Assembly: GCA_951406725.2 (NCBI GenBank)
Contig: OX597815.1
Span: 30,628,001-30,692,000, forward strand
Direction of reading: 5' to 3'
Source: Octopus vulgaris
Lineage: Eukaryota
Length of the DNA stretch: 64,000 bases
Of this stretch, positions 41,674-55,594 are shown in pieces; within the stretch, counting starts at the first letter, position 1, and each line of letters starts with the position of its first letter. Both the position numbers and the translations under genes were made by a program. The notes below the pieces were generated by a model that worked only from the letters and a program-made list of their open reading frames with translations, was not told the DNA's origin and searched no databases.

Positions 41674-43434
41674 CGTGTGTGTTTGTGTGAGTGTGTATAC
41701 ATGCATATGTTCATATATATGAATGTATATTTGTATGCGTGTGTATATGTGTGTGTACATGTCTGTGTATGTATATATATATATATATATATATATAAAT
41801 ATATATATGCGTATATATATTTATATATATATACACATGTATACATACATATACATACATTGCGCGCACACATATATATGTATATACTGCAAATCAATCA
41901 TGTTCAATGCTAGGATGGCCATATTTATCTAAGCGGTAGGTGGTGATACGCTGATAGACTCTCTCTTGTTTTTCGATATTTGAAAATATGTTTCACACAA
42001 GAAGATATGATATCAGAAACCGAATTAAGATATACGATATAAATGTTGTATATTGTATATCTTCTTCCTCTCTTTTCTATATAGTACTAGATCGTGTACT
42101 TTCTAAATTCCGTATCTGAAAGGGAAAATTATGTTATTTTAGTTAGATTCATTGTCATGAGGTTAATATTATTTTCCAACTCAAGATGAAGAGCAGATCA
42201 TTATGATAAATGCTTTACACCATTTGTTTCTTTTTGTAAATACTATCGAGCTTGTATAACTCTCCATGTGGCGCACAGAACAGCAGTAACAGACAGCGAT
42301 GATTTAGTCAACTATATACTACCTACAACCAATTCAGTCTTGTGACTAGTCAAATGAAATTAACAAGGTTCTATGTTCAATCTTGCAGCGCAGGAGTTTC
42401 GATTCTACTCAGCCCTTGCGACTGAAATTCGGTGGGCGAAAATCTATGGCAAAAATGCCGGATGGACTGTGTCTGTTTTGTGTAACAGTTTCAGACATCA
42501 CTCTGTTTAATATCATCACCTGGCATTTTTGAGCCATTAAATTAGTCCCTTTAATTAAAAGCCTTTCTGAGCAGCTATCCCTTATGAGAGATGTGTCATT
42601 CTCTGCCATTTCAACGCCAGAATCAGAAGTTGTTCACAAAAAGATCATGAAAGAAGAAAACATGTACAACGAACTACTCACAATGAAGGAAAATATTTAA
42701 GAAGGAGGAAATGAGAATATGAACAGAGACAAAGATATATCCAAGCCAACATCAAAACAAAATTTCAAAGTATATAAAAAAAATTGTCGGTGAAGACATA
42801 TCATGACCAATGATATTTTGCAGAGAGTATGTGGGCAGAGTTGTGGTCAATCATACTGGAGTAAAAGCTGAAACAAGATTTATTTTCAGATGCGTATGGT
42901 CTATTCTTAATCACAAACACATTACGCCCAGATACAACAAATTAGATGCATAAAGCAGCAATTTCATAAAGATGTTACCACCAAGTGCAGAATATGCAGG
43001 TACTAATGACATCCTCTCTTGCTGATGAGTTGTCGCCAAGTCAAATTACACTGGTGAAAATAAATTTAAGACCGATGATACAAGTTCTATTTCTTACAAA
43101 ATATTTTGTTACTAACACCACACAAATTATTTTTATCGTTTACACCTTATGCAGAATTTATTTCTCTTTCGAATTATGCAGACAATAACTATTTTTATAC
43201 AACTTGAAGAATTCTAATGAGAAATTAATATAAACGTTTCAAATTTACCGGCAAAATTAGGCGCGATTGAGGCGGCAGCTGTTCTCACTGGGCAGTATAC
43301 CGACAATTCAACGTGCAAAGAAGTTAATGGTAGTTTAAACATGCAATAAACACGATTCATGGCAATGATTGAGCCACAATCATCCTCTACATGTTTCTTC
43401 AAACTGATTAAAGCATCAATGGAAACTGCATATA

Positions 43435-44325
43435 AAGAGTGTTCGAGCTAAGTTTGACAGTTTGAATGAAAGGAAATTAAACACAATATCCCATTCAAAA
43501 ATTAAAATATTTTCAAAAAGCCAAAAAAATACCAATATGATGATGGCTTGGAGATAATTTACTCAAAGTAGCTGTCCTCAGCTTCCACCATGGCCTCAAG
43601 AAGGCTCGTAAACTTGGCGGAGGCGTTCCTCACTGTGTTGAAGGGAATATCTTCGAGTTTCTCTTTGATCTTCGCTAACAGATCGGCATTGGTATGGAAG
43701 ACAGAGCGCTTAATTTTTTTCTCAACCGCGTGCAACAGATAATACACGATGGGATTAGAATTGAAGGGATTGAGAAACCAGAAATTGGGGCTGCTGAAGT
43801 CGTAGAAATTCTCCGACAACTATTTCTGACTTTTCTGAAGATATCGCAAAGAGACAAATCCTGCTGCCACACACATGATCTAGCACCGAACCTCTCCTAC
43901 CATGGATTCACTATAGCCTCCAGCAGCTTCCCATAATCGTTTTAATTGAGCCTAAATTTCTCTTCAAAGACTGAGTCTGCTTGGGAATGACTCTGGTATG
44001 CTGACCCAGTTAGAAAACCTGCTCTGTCCTTTCCTGCTGACCTCGGTTTTGTATTCTCTGTTGCAGCTGCCAATTTCACGTCTTACAGCCTTTACAGTGT
44101 TCACAGATCACTGAGCAGCAGTCATGATATTGACATTATGATACCCGATGCTAATCATCAAGATACAGGTAAATCTTTTCCAGAAGGCAGTACTCCATTG
44201 CACCTAACTTCTTCGCCACTACAACTTCAATCTTTAAGTTCTCGAACGCCGATGATTGTGCACCAATCAGCTGTTCCTAAAAAAAAGGGGACGAAAATAT
44301 CGTCAAATTTAGTTCGAACATGCTG
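43435..44325 (-). mobile_element. Decayed maT/DD37D-like Tc1/mariner element
   Basis: TIRs tgttcgagctaagtttgac / gtcaaatttagttcgaaca with TA flanks; minus C-terminus SPNFW...NPIVYYL...LEAMVEAEDSYFE*. Confidence 0.85.
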
Positions 44326-44359
44326 TATAATAATCAAGCAGCGAAACAAAATTGCTTGT

Positions 44360-44645
44360 ATCTAATAGACAATCCTGATTTCTTTTCACCAAAACTTTGC
44401 TCATCCTCCTAATGTGGCGAAACTCTCAAAGAACTAGGATCTTGAAATTGCAATAAGTAGGGTATGCGGCATGAGCAAGAATAATGCTGGCAAAGAATGT
44501 TAAACACAGTTCTAAAGATAGCCCTATTAGGCACAGTTCACTTTGTACACGAAATACTTTCAACCCAATATCTCAAATATTGGAGCAATAAATCTGACAA
44601 ACACATGATTCTGCCCCCTTTCATCGAGGCTTTGGAAAGTGTGAT
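44360..44645 (+). mobile_element. Old Dong/R4-like 3' fragment
   Basis: KLSKx*DLEIAISR and VLKIALLGTVHFVHEILS resemble the C-terminus of the 48132-49601 ORF. Confidence 0.65.
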
Positions 44646-45386
44646 GCAGAATTTGAGAGCAAACTTTGAAAAGGAAGATCTTAAAATGTGAGAAGATGTG
44701 TTACTGCAAGAATTATTTGAGAAGCCATCAATAAAATATCAGGGCAGACTGAGACAGAATGAAGAGTAGTTATGGCGAGGAAAAAAATACGGGAAGAGTT
44801 TTAATAGCTGTAACGTTTCTAATATTTTCCTTCTTCCGATGGCCTAAAAAGATGCCGAAAGAGCAGGAAAAGCAAGAAAAGGTTGGAAGAAGAAAAAAGG
44901 GGAAAAAGCGATTCTAGCCAAATAATCTAAGTAATATTGGTCAGGCTGTTTGGCAGCTTGACTAAAATACTGTAAACAGAGACGGGACAAAATGGATTCT
45001 CATCCTTGATTATGGGATCAAGTTCGATACTTAAAAAATATTCTTTTAAAAATCGAACTTAAAAATTTCCCGATAAGCAAGTGTTCATGTTATTTTGTTA
45101 ACTTTCTTTTTCATATGAATCGACCTGCGTCTGCGTGTGTATAGATCATGGTGTACCTATGCGCGTAGACACGTGTTTGTACATACATAAATGCATACAT
45201 TGATATGCGACTGAGTGTGTGTGTCTGTGCACTGATTGCTTCGAGTGTTTCGTTTATTTACGAGTTGAATTTCTTAATTCAACGGAATATAAATACCTAT
45301 AATGGTGATGCTTAAAAAATTAATAATTCAGTTCAATTAAAAATCATGTGTAAGCCTGTTTCTTCATTAAACGTGTGGCAGCAAAA

Positions 45387-45650
<264 letters not shown>

Positions 45651-48600
45651 CTGACAGATCCCGTCTTTTTCCCTTTCTTTTCGTTTCCTTCTCCGTATTT
45701 TATTCTCATTATTTCGAACTAATACAGACACAGTAAGCCTTGAAGAAAGGAAGAGGAGGAAAGGAAAAAAAAAAAAAAAAAAAATGTCCGGAGATAAAAC
45801 TATCAACAAAAAAAATACAGACGAATATAGATCTGCTAGTCTTAAGAAGCGGCGCTATGAGCAATGCTTACATGTAGTGAACCCTAAACTGACAGATCCA
45901 TCTCCTAATATAAGAATGGATGCTCGTCATGCTTCAAGGTCAACAAATCAAACAATAAACCGCATTGGTCATTGCGCGGATTACAAAAGACCACGTACCC
46001 GAAAATTGAACCAAATCCTGATTGAAAAATCGGTTACTGGATCAAATCTTCCCAACACACAGGAGCTGGACGAACCCCACAACCGGAATATTCCAACAGA
46101 TGGCCATCCATGCTCATCACCAAATAATCAAAAGAAAAAGAAGGAAAAATGGTCTAGGGAAGATAATAAAGAAGTTCTTGAGGCCTTCTACCATGCCATA
46201 TATTTCCCCACAGATAAGTCTAGCACTGTACAAGCATACTTAAACTGGAGACAGAAACACCCTGAAGTAAGACCCTACATAGACAGTAACAAGCTTGCCA
46301 ATGTTAGAAGAAACATTATAAAAAAGAAATTACTGACTGAAGTAGAGATTGATCAGGTTAGACAAGCAATATCGGATAAAATAAACGAAGCTGCAGCTAG
46401 AGAAGATAATACAGAGGAAATGATTATAGACCAGCCCAGGGCGGATAAAAACGAAGAGAGGATTGAAAGAGTTAGTATAAGTGATAGGCAAAGTGAAATA
46501 CGCCCTGAACCAATCATAAACACTAAGACAGATGAGCATCAAATAGATAAAGAAAGTCACACAAATATTGACCCAACAGAACTACATGAGCTAAAAAATC
46601 AAATCATGATTGAATGGCTGAAAATTAAAGAAACCAGCATGGATGAGCGTGATACACTTCCTAAAATCCGCAACTCTAACCAAAACATGAAAATAATTGG
46701 TAAAATCCGGCTTGCACTTAAGGATATAATTTCAGTTAATGATGTTGATATCACAAACCTCAACCACCTATACTATGCATCCGCGAAAATCTCAACGATC
46801 CTATGTGGTGTAAAGATTAGAAAACGGTAACAGTCCCACAAAAAGCCTTCTTGGCAAGAGCGTCTGCAACAACAAATTAAAATATTTAGATCTGACATTG
46901 AATATTTGAAAAACCTTAAGGCTCACAAGATTACCAAACCTACAAAAACCCAAAAATTACTGAAAAAATACAATATGAAAACTATACTTGATATTGATGC
47001 CACCATAGAAACCATCAAACAAAAGGTATCTGCCAAAGCTGCCCGCATAGCGAGGTATGAAAAGCGTGTTAGATTTTTCAAGGACAACAACATGTTCAAA
47101 AATAACACCAAGAATTTTTACAGGAAGATAGGAAAAACAGCGTTTACTGCAGGGTCTGTACCATCAAAAGAAGAAGTGCAGAGATTTTGGAATAAAATCT
47201 GGGCAGAAGAAAAAACACACAACGAAAAGGCCCCCTGGATTGACAGAATATCTACAGAACTGGACCCCTTAGAAGAGCAAAAGTGGGAGGGTGTCAAGGT
47301 AGAAGATATAAGATCTGCTCTCAGGAGGTCAAGCAAATGGAAGTCTCCAGGAAAGGATAAAATTCCTAACTTCTGGCTGAATGCCTTCCCAGAGAGCCAT
47401 GAACTTCTAACAGAACTGTACAATGATGTTTTGCAACACCCTAGTAGGATGCCTCCTTGGCTAGTTAATGGGTTAACATTCCTGCTTCCAAAAAGTGAAG
47501 AAACAAATGAACCAAAAAACTATAGACCCATAACCTGCTTAACAACTATGTACAAAACACTAACATCTGTCCTGACGGAATATACCTATAGTTTTTTAAC
47601 AGACAGCAGCATATTCCCTAATGAACAGAAAGGATGTAAACGTGGATCCTACGGCTGTAAAGACCAACTACTCATCAATAAGATGATCTTAGAAGATTGT
47701 CACAAACGACACAAAAACTTATCAATAGCCTGGATAGACTATAAAAAGGCTTTTGATAGCCTACCACATAGCTGGATTAGGAAATGCCTTGAAATGTATA
47801 AGATAGCACCAACTCTGCGAAACTTCTTGACTGTAAGTATGAGATCATGGAGAACCACACTAACTCTGAACAGTGACAGTGAATCCCTAAATGCTGGTGA
47901 TGTAAAAATTTCGTGTGGCATTTTCCAGGGTGACTCACTGTCACCACTCCTCTTTTGTTTATCCTTAATACCTCTCTCAAAGCTGCTCAATGATGCGCAG
48001 TACGGGTATAAAATGTTTGATAAAAATATAAATCATCTCGTTTACATGGATGATTTAAAGCTTTTGCAAAAAATGATCAACAACTCAAGGGCTTACTAGC
48101 GATAGTCAAACAATTCAGTGACGACATCAGAATGCAATTCGGCCTCGATAAATGTGCAAAGGCTACCTTTATCAAAGGAAAAATGACAGAAACATCTAAC
48201 GTTAACCTTGACCAACAGAATGTCATAAAAGAACTAGACCCAGCGGAGAGCTACAAGTACCTAGGGATAATTGAAGGGAACGGAATAAGGCATTCAGAGA
48301 TGAAGGAAAGGATCAGGAGAGAATGCTATCGAAGAGTGAGAGCAATACTCAAGACAGAGCTGAATGCAAGAAACAGGATCGAAGCAATCAATGCATTAGC
48401 TATACCAGTCGTGACTTACAGTTTCAATATTGTTAACTGGTCAATTACTGAAATATGTCAGCTCGACAGAAAAATAAGGAAACTGTTGACAATGCATAGA
48501 ATGCACCACCCTAAGGCAGATACAGAACGACTCTATCTGCCAAGAAAAGAGGGAGGCCGTGGTCTTTTGCAACTGGCAATAACAATGAAGATTGCTACAA

Positions 48601-49815
48601 TTGGCCTAGACACCTACCTGAAAAACTCTGAGGACTGGATGCTAAAACTTGTCTCAAAACATGAAAACAAGAAAGCATCATACTCAGTCACAAAACAGGC
48701 AAAGGAATATCTAAGTGAATTCCGAATACAACCAATTTCGGAATTAGAGATAGATATACAAGAAACAAGCACAGAAAAAGCTAGGCGCATGAAAACCCGT
48801 GCCAAAACTGCGGCCTTATATATTCTGAATAATAAATGCCAAGAAAAACCTCTCTATGGCAAATACCCAAAGAGAGCGAATAATGCAGATGTCGACAAAG
48901 CCCTGACCCTTCAATGGTTAATGGCCTCTGGCTTAAAATCTGAAACAGAGGGGTTTATCATAGCAGCTCAAGATCAATGCCTACCAACAAGAAACTACCA
49001 GGCCAACATATTAAAGATCAGAAGCAGTCCAACGTGTCGTGTATGCAAGCAACAAAATGAAACCATTGACCATGTGGTCTCCAAGTGCAGTCTTCTAGCG
49101 CCTACAGAGTATCTCAACAGGCACGATAGAGCTGCACAATATATTCACTGGGTAATCTGTAAAAACCTGGATTTTCCCCATGAAAAAAACTGGTGGGAAC
49201 ACAAACCACCCCCAGTGCTTGAAAATGACCACATCTCACTCCTCTGGAACTTCACCATTCAAACTGACAGGAAGATAGATGCAAATAGGCCAGACATCAT
49301 ATTGAAAAACTTCAAACAAAGAACATGCCTCCTCATTGATATGACTGTCCCAATCGATATAAACGTATCTGTCAAGACCTACCAAAAACTGAGCAAATAT
49401 AAAGATCTTGAAATAGAAATCAGCAAAATGTGGAAGCTGAAGACTAAAACAATACCTGTTGTCATAGGTGCCCTGGGAATGATAGCAAAAGGGGCTGATA
49501 GCTACCTAACTCAGATACCAGGAAACCCAAAAATGGCAGAAGTTCAAAAGATAGTGCTCATGGGAACTGCTCATATCCTACGCAAAATACTCTCTATGTA
49601 ATCTCAAGGTTTAAAACAAACATAATTTTCGGTAAAAAAAAAAAAAAAACCTTTTTTTTTTTTTTTAGACATTCATTAGTACAACATCCCCACCCCCCAA
49701 ATATATGGCACACTAGGCATAACAACAACATGAACTTCCAACCCTGTTGTCTCTTGAGGTCTCTGGGTGAGACTTGGAGCCAACTTGTACAAATATAAAG
49801 CAAAAGTCAAACATA

Positions 49816-49816
<1 letters not shown>
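45651..49816 (+). mobile_element. Near full-length Dong/R4-clade non-LTR retrotransposon in (AAT)n
   Basis: Single long ORF with RT and C-terminal REL endonuclease; (AAT)n at both junctions, the known Dong target; ~215-bp 3' UTR. Confidence 0.95.
45784..49601 (+). pseudogene. RT / CCHC / REL endonuclease polyprotein with one in-frame stop (46828-30) and one 1-nt frameshift (~48063)
   Basis: KSPGKDKI, NYRPITCL, IDYKKAFDS, GIFQGDSLSP, YMDD, CRVC...HVVSKC, RHD, RPDII..LIDM..K..KYKDL. ORFs 45784 and 46906 are in the same frame. Confidence 0.95.
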
Positions 49817-49908
<92 letters not shown>

Positions 49909-49910
49909 TG

Positions 49911-50132
49911 ATCATGAAATATATCCCACTATTTATAGGTGCATTGAGAACTATCCCCAAAATTTGAACAGATGGATAAAGAAATAGGCATAAAACCCAG
50001 TTTAGTACAGCTGCAGAAAACAGTGTTATTAAGGACAGCTAGAATACTTAGAAGGGTTCTTGGCATCTAAGGCAACTTGTAGCCCGATATTAGGATTCTT
50101 TTCCAACAGTCTAATCTGTTTTGTGTATATGG
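49911..50132 (+). mobile_element. 5'-truncated Dong/R4-like fragment of another subfamily
   Basis: IPLFIGAL.TIPK...LQKTVLLRTARILRRVLGI*; (AAT)n on both sides. Confidence 0.85.
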
Positions 50133-50755
50133 ATAATAATAATAATACGAATTATACGAATAATACTAAGAGAAGGCGGAGGAGGAGGAGGAGGAAGCGG
50201 TGGTGGAAGAGGAAGGAGAAAAAGAAGATAATGAGGAAGAAGAAGAAGAAGAAGAAGAAGAAGAAGAAGAAGAAGAAGAAGAAGAAGAAGAAGAAGAAGA
50301 AGAAGAAGAAGAAGAAGAAGAAGAAGAAGAAGAAGAAGAAGAAGAAATAATGGTCGTGACCACCTGGTTCTCTGGAACAGAGCTACACATAATCTATACA
50401 CAGCAGGTAAACACTAAAATGGCATAAAGAAAGGAAAGTCCCAGAACAATGATCTGATGCAATACACCGAGGCAATTCTAAATTCTAAAAATCTTATGCT
50501 GCACATACATTAGCAACACAGCGGGGTGATAAGTGATGGGGCTCTAGGAACACGGATAATGATGTTGAAGTAGGAGTTCAAAAACATCAACTACTGATGA
50601 AAATATATAACCCAAAAGTTTAGAATGGGAACGAAGAATAAGCTAATCATGACATGAATTGACAAGTAAATGACTCTATACCATATTTTCCATACTGGAA
50701 GTCTAGAAACATTAGCCATGAGTGATATATTGTCAATATTCTTCAGAAAACGTAA

Positions 50756-50966
50756 GGCGGTGAGCTGGTAGGTCTGTAAGCTCGCCGGGTAAAATATTTA
50801 AAGGCATTTCGTCCATTCTTACGTTCTGAATGAAAATTCCACCGAGCATCATTTTGTCTTGCATCCTTTAAGGCTCCATAAAATAAGAACCAGTTGAGTA
50901 CTGGGGTCGATGTAATCGACTTACCCCTATCACCAAAACTGCTCGCCTTGGTTCAAAATTTGAAAC
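50756..50966 (+). mobile_element. SINE family A2
   Basis: Family A head; long degenerate TSD caatatt..tcagaaaac (50734 / 50967). Confidence 0.88.
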
Positions 50967-51347
50967 CAATATTAATCAGAAAACTTATAAAAATACATAA
51001 TGACGAAAGGTATCCATTTCAAGACTAAACTGAACATAATGTGATATAGGCCTTATTTTTAAACAAACAAGTTCCTATTTTTACGGCAGTTGTAATGGCA
51101 ATTGATAAATTACAGGGTCCGTTATGCTTAAGTAGACAAAACGTGTCCCGTGCTTTCAACGAGCAAATCTACGGGCACTCAGTACAAGTGGAAATATCAT
51201 CTGAACCTACACGTAGCAGTAAATAAGGACAAAAAGAGGGAAACATTTTTGAGAGTAAAAGTTTTCAATAAAAACCTTGCAATGAAGCAATTAGTAAATA
51301 GTACATACGAAACCTCTGCCTTCTGAGGATCATTACGTGATGCTCAG

Positions 51348-51483
51348 AATTGGTTTAATTTAGTATTTATATTTGTGCTACAATTGGTTTAATTTAGTAT
51401 TTGTATTTGTGCTACAATTGGTTTAATTTAGTATTTAGTAATTGGTGGTGCTACAATTGGTTTAATTTAGTATTTGTGTGCTA
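51348..51483. repeat. ~34-bp minisatellite, about 4 copies
   Basis: Unit aattggtttaatttagtatttgtatttgtgctac. Confidence 0.9.
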
Positions 51484-51934
51484 TTGCAGCAACATATTTT
51501 TATCAGATTGTTCGATTCAATGTCTAATAGAATATGTAAACATCCGATTTAGAAATGTCTTGTTTTCCTAGATCTTATTTTATTATTTCCAATTCATTTA
51601 AGTAACATAAAGACATTTTCTGTCTCCATTCAAATCGCAAGTACATTAGCAGAATAAGAACAAATTAAAAAAAATTAACATAAAACATATAACAATTTAT
51701 GATACTACGATAACAAATTAGTAGTTTGTAATTACATAAAATGGCTACTACTGCAATAATGCGCTAAAATATGTATACAGTACAGATATAGGATTAGCAG
51801 AATCGTTAGAGCATCGGAGAAAATGCCTTGCAGTATATATTATATAGCTTTACCTACTGAGTTCAGTTCACGTTGGGCAATAAAACATTGGTTCAATTCT
51901 TGTAATGTATCCTAGATGTGAACGGAATAATATT

Positions 51935-52165
51935 AATTTCAAATTTTCGTTACAGGCCAGTAATTTTTTTGTGGTGGTGGTGGTGGTGGTGGGGAGTCGA
52001 TTACATCGACACCAGCTCCCAGCAGGTACTTATTTGATCGAACCAGATATAATGAAAGTCAAAGTCGCCTTTGGCGGAATTCGAACTCAGAAAGTAAATA
52101 CGGACGGAATGTCGCTAAGCATCTTTGCATGGCGTGCTAACGATTCAGCCAGCTCGCCGCAATTT
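51935..52165 (-). mobile_element. SINE family A2
   Basis: Reverse complement of family A; 19-bp TSD atgtgaacggaa(t/a)aatatt (51916 / 52166). Confidence 0.9.
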
Positions 52166-54601
52166 ATGTGAACGGAAAAATATTGGAAGACCAAGAATCA
52201 CAGGAATTTTACATGTAACAAAAGATAATTCACGTGGAGGCACGTAGAGTATTAGAGCTTAACTTTTTTGCCTCATGCTCACCAGGTAATAGGTTTAGTT
52301 TCTGAACCGTGAGAAGCATCGTATCCTTGAGATGGTTAGCAGGTCTTCACTTACGATTGATGTCTGACTTGGTGGTTACCTAATAAAAATATCATAATGC
52401 ACGCACAATGCAATAATAGAACATTACAATAGCAGGAGAACATGAAAGCACAGAGATTTCTACACTCATTCAATAACCTCCACAATAGTGTTCAGCTTTA
52501 TCGTAGCCCCTGAATCTTCTTAACTTCTTTATATATTAAACGTTGTTACTAAGTTTTGTTTAGTTACTTACTATAAAGATTATTTAATTGGGCACAAGTT
52601 TTAAGAAATATAAGTTAAGTGACTTGCCAAGAAGTACAACACAGAATCAAATATTATTTTAAGTAGATATTTTTTTCCCTGGAACACTTTCAAGGATGTG
52701 CAACCAAAAGAATATATCTTAATTGTTTCTTGACATTGTTAGATGTTGGCTGAAGAACCACCTACTGCGAAATACTTGTAACTCATGTTCTCTTTTTCTT
52801 TTGTAAATATTTAGTAACATCTGTAAGAGTCATTCAAACGCCGTAGCATGGGTCCAAAATGTTTCTGGATATTATTAACAGAGGATGCGATTTACACTGC
52901 CGAGCTGCGGGTATCACTTGTTAAATCGTATTGCTTAAAACATCAAAAAAGTATATAGAGTATTTCAAACGTATTTCACAAGTATTTGATTATATATCTT
53001 TCTTTTCTTTTTTTTTCTTACAAAAAACTCTTTTACATTGTTTTATTTCAAATGATAAAATCTGTTTAAACGCTTTCAGGGACATGAATTGATATTCGCA
53101 GTTGTAGTGGTTGAGCTTTATTTGGAATAAATTTGTTAAATCATGTTTATATTTGGATTGAAAAAATTTATTTTATATTTTGCTAACATGTTTAATTAAA
53201 ACATTTGTATTGAGAATAACATGAGGCGTAAAAGTAAAACAATTATAGAAAATTTGCTATTGAAAGTAGATTGACAGAAACAGATGACATTAGAAATAGT
53301 TTTAGTTAATCTGCTTTAGTATTGTGTGCTAAAGAATTGATTCATAATCTAAAATCAATCTAAAATCACTTCAGGGAGTGTAAGATTAGCAATTCAAGTA
53401 GATGTCTGCGTATGAGATATATTTTGGGTGCAAGAGAAATACAACGCCACATGGCTATTATAGGGTTTCAAACACAATTAATTTCACAGCAGCAGAAGAG
53501 TCAGCCTGTTGTAGCTTAGTGGTTAATGTAGATAGACTTCAGAAGACGCTGAACGTTTTCTTTGATAATAAAAAGAAAGCTTTACCACGTGGTCTAATGG
53601 CAGGGTGAGGCAAAATTCAGAACAGACGAGGTTAATTCACACGAAATAAATTCCCACACAACTTCAAATTACGTTGAAGTCGAACCTTCATGAATATACA
53701 TACACACACGCGTGTATACATACATACACTTACATGCAAACATACACATACAAACATACACACATGAACGTAATGCATGTTTAAATTTATACATACATAT
53801 ATGATACATACATATATGATACATACATGCATGAATGCATGCATGCATATATACATCTATATTTATATTTATACGTATATATACACAGGCAGAGACAGGT
53901 ATATTTTCCATGAAGTAAATTAATTGAGATTAATTTTCAAGTTTATAAAAATATATTCTTTTGGGACTCCTAACAATAAGTTATAGGTTTTGTTTTCTCT
54001 TTCCAATTAACAGAAAAAATTGAATAATGAATACACAAACGAAAGCACGCACGCACACACGCACACACACATGCGCGCGCGCACACACACACACGCGCGC
54101 ACACACACACGCATACACATACACACAAACATTCCTCTCTATCTCGCTATCTATGTGTCTCTCTATCTAAAGTCTGTTTGTGCGAAGAGGTACGCGCATA
54201 TAACAGAATCAGAGGCACGTCAGCGGTCGCCTAAATCAGTGAATATTTCTTTGCTGGTTTCTAGATGGGGACAAAAACTTCAGCTTAGCCTAGAATGTCC
54301 GGAGATGTTCATGACAAGTGGCCAAATGAAACTGAACACCGGTATCGGACTATCAGCTGAGTGAACATTTGGGTTTCTTAAATGAAGTTTCTCTCAAACA
54401 GAAAATGGAAACTAGTGACACTACGCTTTATATACATTATGACATACATACATACACACTTTCTCTCTTTCACACACACTCACACACACACACACATACA
54501 CTCATACACACACACACACACGCACACGCTCACACACGCACGCACACACACACGCACACACATATACACACACATATATAAAGTTAGATAAGGCCGGTTT
54601 A

Positions 54602-54670
54602 TGGTATTGCCCTGGGTTTCACGTCCATAAAGCGCTTAGCTTTACTGCATATCATCAACTCCCAAATCCC
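54602..54670 (-). ncRNA. Hammerhead ribozyme copy, mutated
   Basis: Minus strand TTGATGA ... GAAA cccaggg CA; C3U and GUA>GCA changes. Confidence 0.65.
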
Positions 54671-55221
54671 AAACCTGTTGACTTGTGGCCTCTCAAATGA
54701 GCGACCTCTCTAGAAAATGGAGGAGAAAAGGACCTTGCTACTCAATGTCAACAACAGAGGATTCTCTTCTTTTGGCCATCGATCGTAAGTGACCCTGTTA
54801 TCTTGTGGGTTCCAGTAGGCTAGCAGGAAAATCATGAAATGCAAACACGTTCCGAAGAACGTTCTTCGTGTCGACGGAGTCCTTTTGTATCCTCGCTCGT
54901 TCAACTATACACAGTTTACAACATTTGGTCCCGTTTATGTAGGGGCCTGGATTTTCTAAGATTCTCCGTGATATTGTGTGTGAAATTCTGTCATCCTTCA
55001 GCTGCCATATATGTGAGACCCGGGGAAAATGCTTAACTCCAGAACAGAGGTTTTCGGACGGTACTTGCATTTTAGGATTCTTCCTGCCAGCCTGTTGGAA
55101 CCCACAAGATAACAGGTCACTTACGATCAATAGCCAAAGGGAGACAATCTTCTGTTGTTGACATTGAGTAGCGAGATCCTTTCCTTCTCCTTTGTCTAGA
55201 CAGGCCACAAGCCAACAGGTT

Positions 55222-55283
55222 TGTGATCTGATGATATGCCGTAAAGCTAAGTGCTTTATGGAGTGAAACCCAGGGTAATCCCA
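55222..55283 (+). ncRNA. Type I hammerhead ribozyme, intact core
   Basis: tgtgat CTGATGA tatg ccgtaaagc(taagt)gctttatgg agt GAAA ccc-a-ggg TA atccca; predicted cleavage after GUA at 55277. Confidence 0.85.
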
Positions 55284-55400
55284 TAAACCGGCCTTATCTA
55301 ACTTTATAAGATATACTGCTCTATAACTCTGAGTGTACTTCTTTTTCGGATTTATGTTTTACCGACGATCACACACACACACAAACACGCATATACACAG

Positions 55401-55437
<37 letters not shown>

Positions 55438-55594
55438 TGCACACACACACACACACAAACACACAAACAAACAGATACACACATACACACACACTCACAG
55501 TTTTTGCCGAACCACTAGGTTACTGGGATGGGGACATACCAGCACTGGTTATCAGAGATAAACACACATAGACATATGCGTGTATATGTAGTAA

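Larger units (their letters stand above)
54577..55308 (-). mobile_element. 5'-truncated Penelope-like element with inverted pLTR (fold-back, ~260-280 bp arms)
   Basis: 54577-~54860 is inverted at ~55052-55308. The minus-strand spacer encodes HIWQLK...IL...Y...KCCKLCIVERARI, resembling a PLE GIY-YIG C-terminus. HHR motif in each arm. Confidence 0.85.

Noticed and set aside
51348-51483. CRISPR-like array (also 11586-11685)
   Set aside because: No unique spacers, eukaryotic context and no cas genes; these are minisatellites.
52745-52785. CUGAAGA...GAAA uacuugua motif
   Set aside because: Stem II does not pair and there is no clean NUH with stem I.
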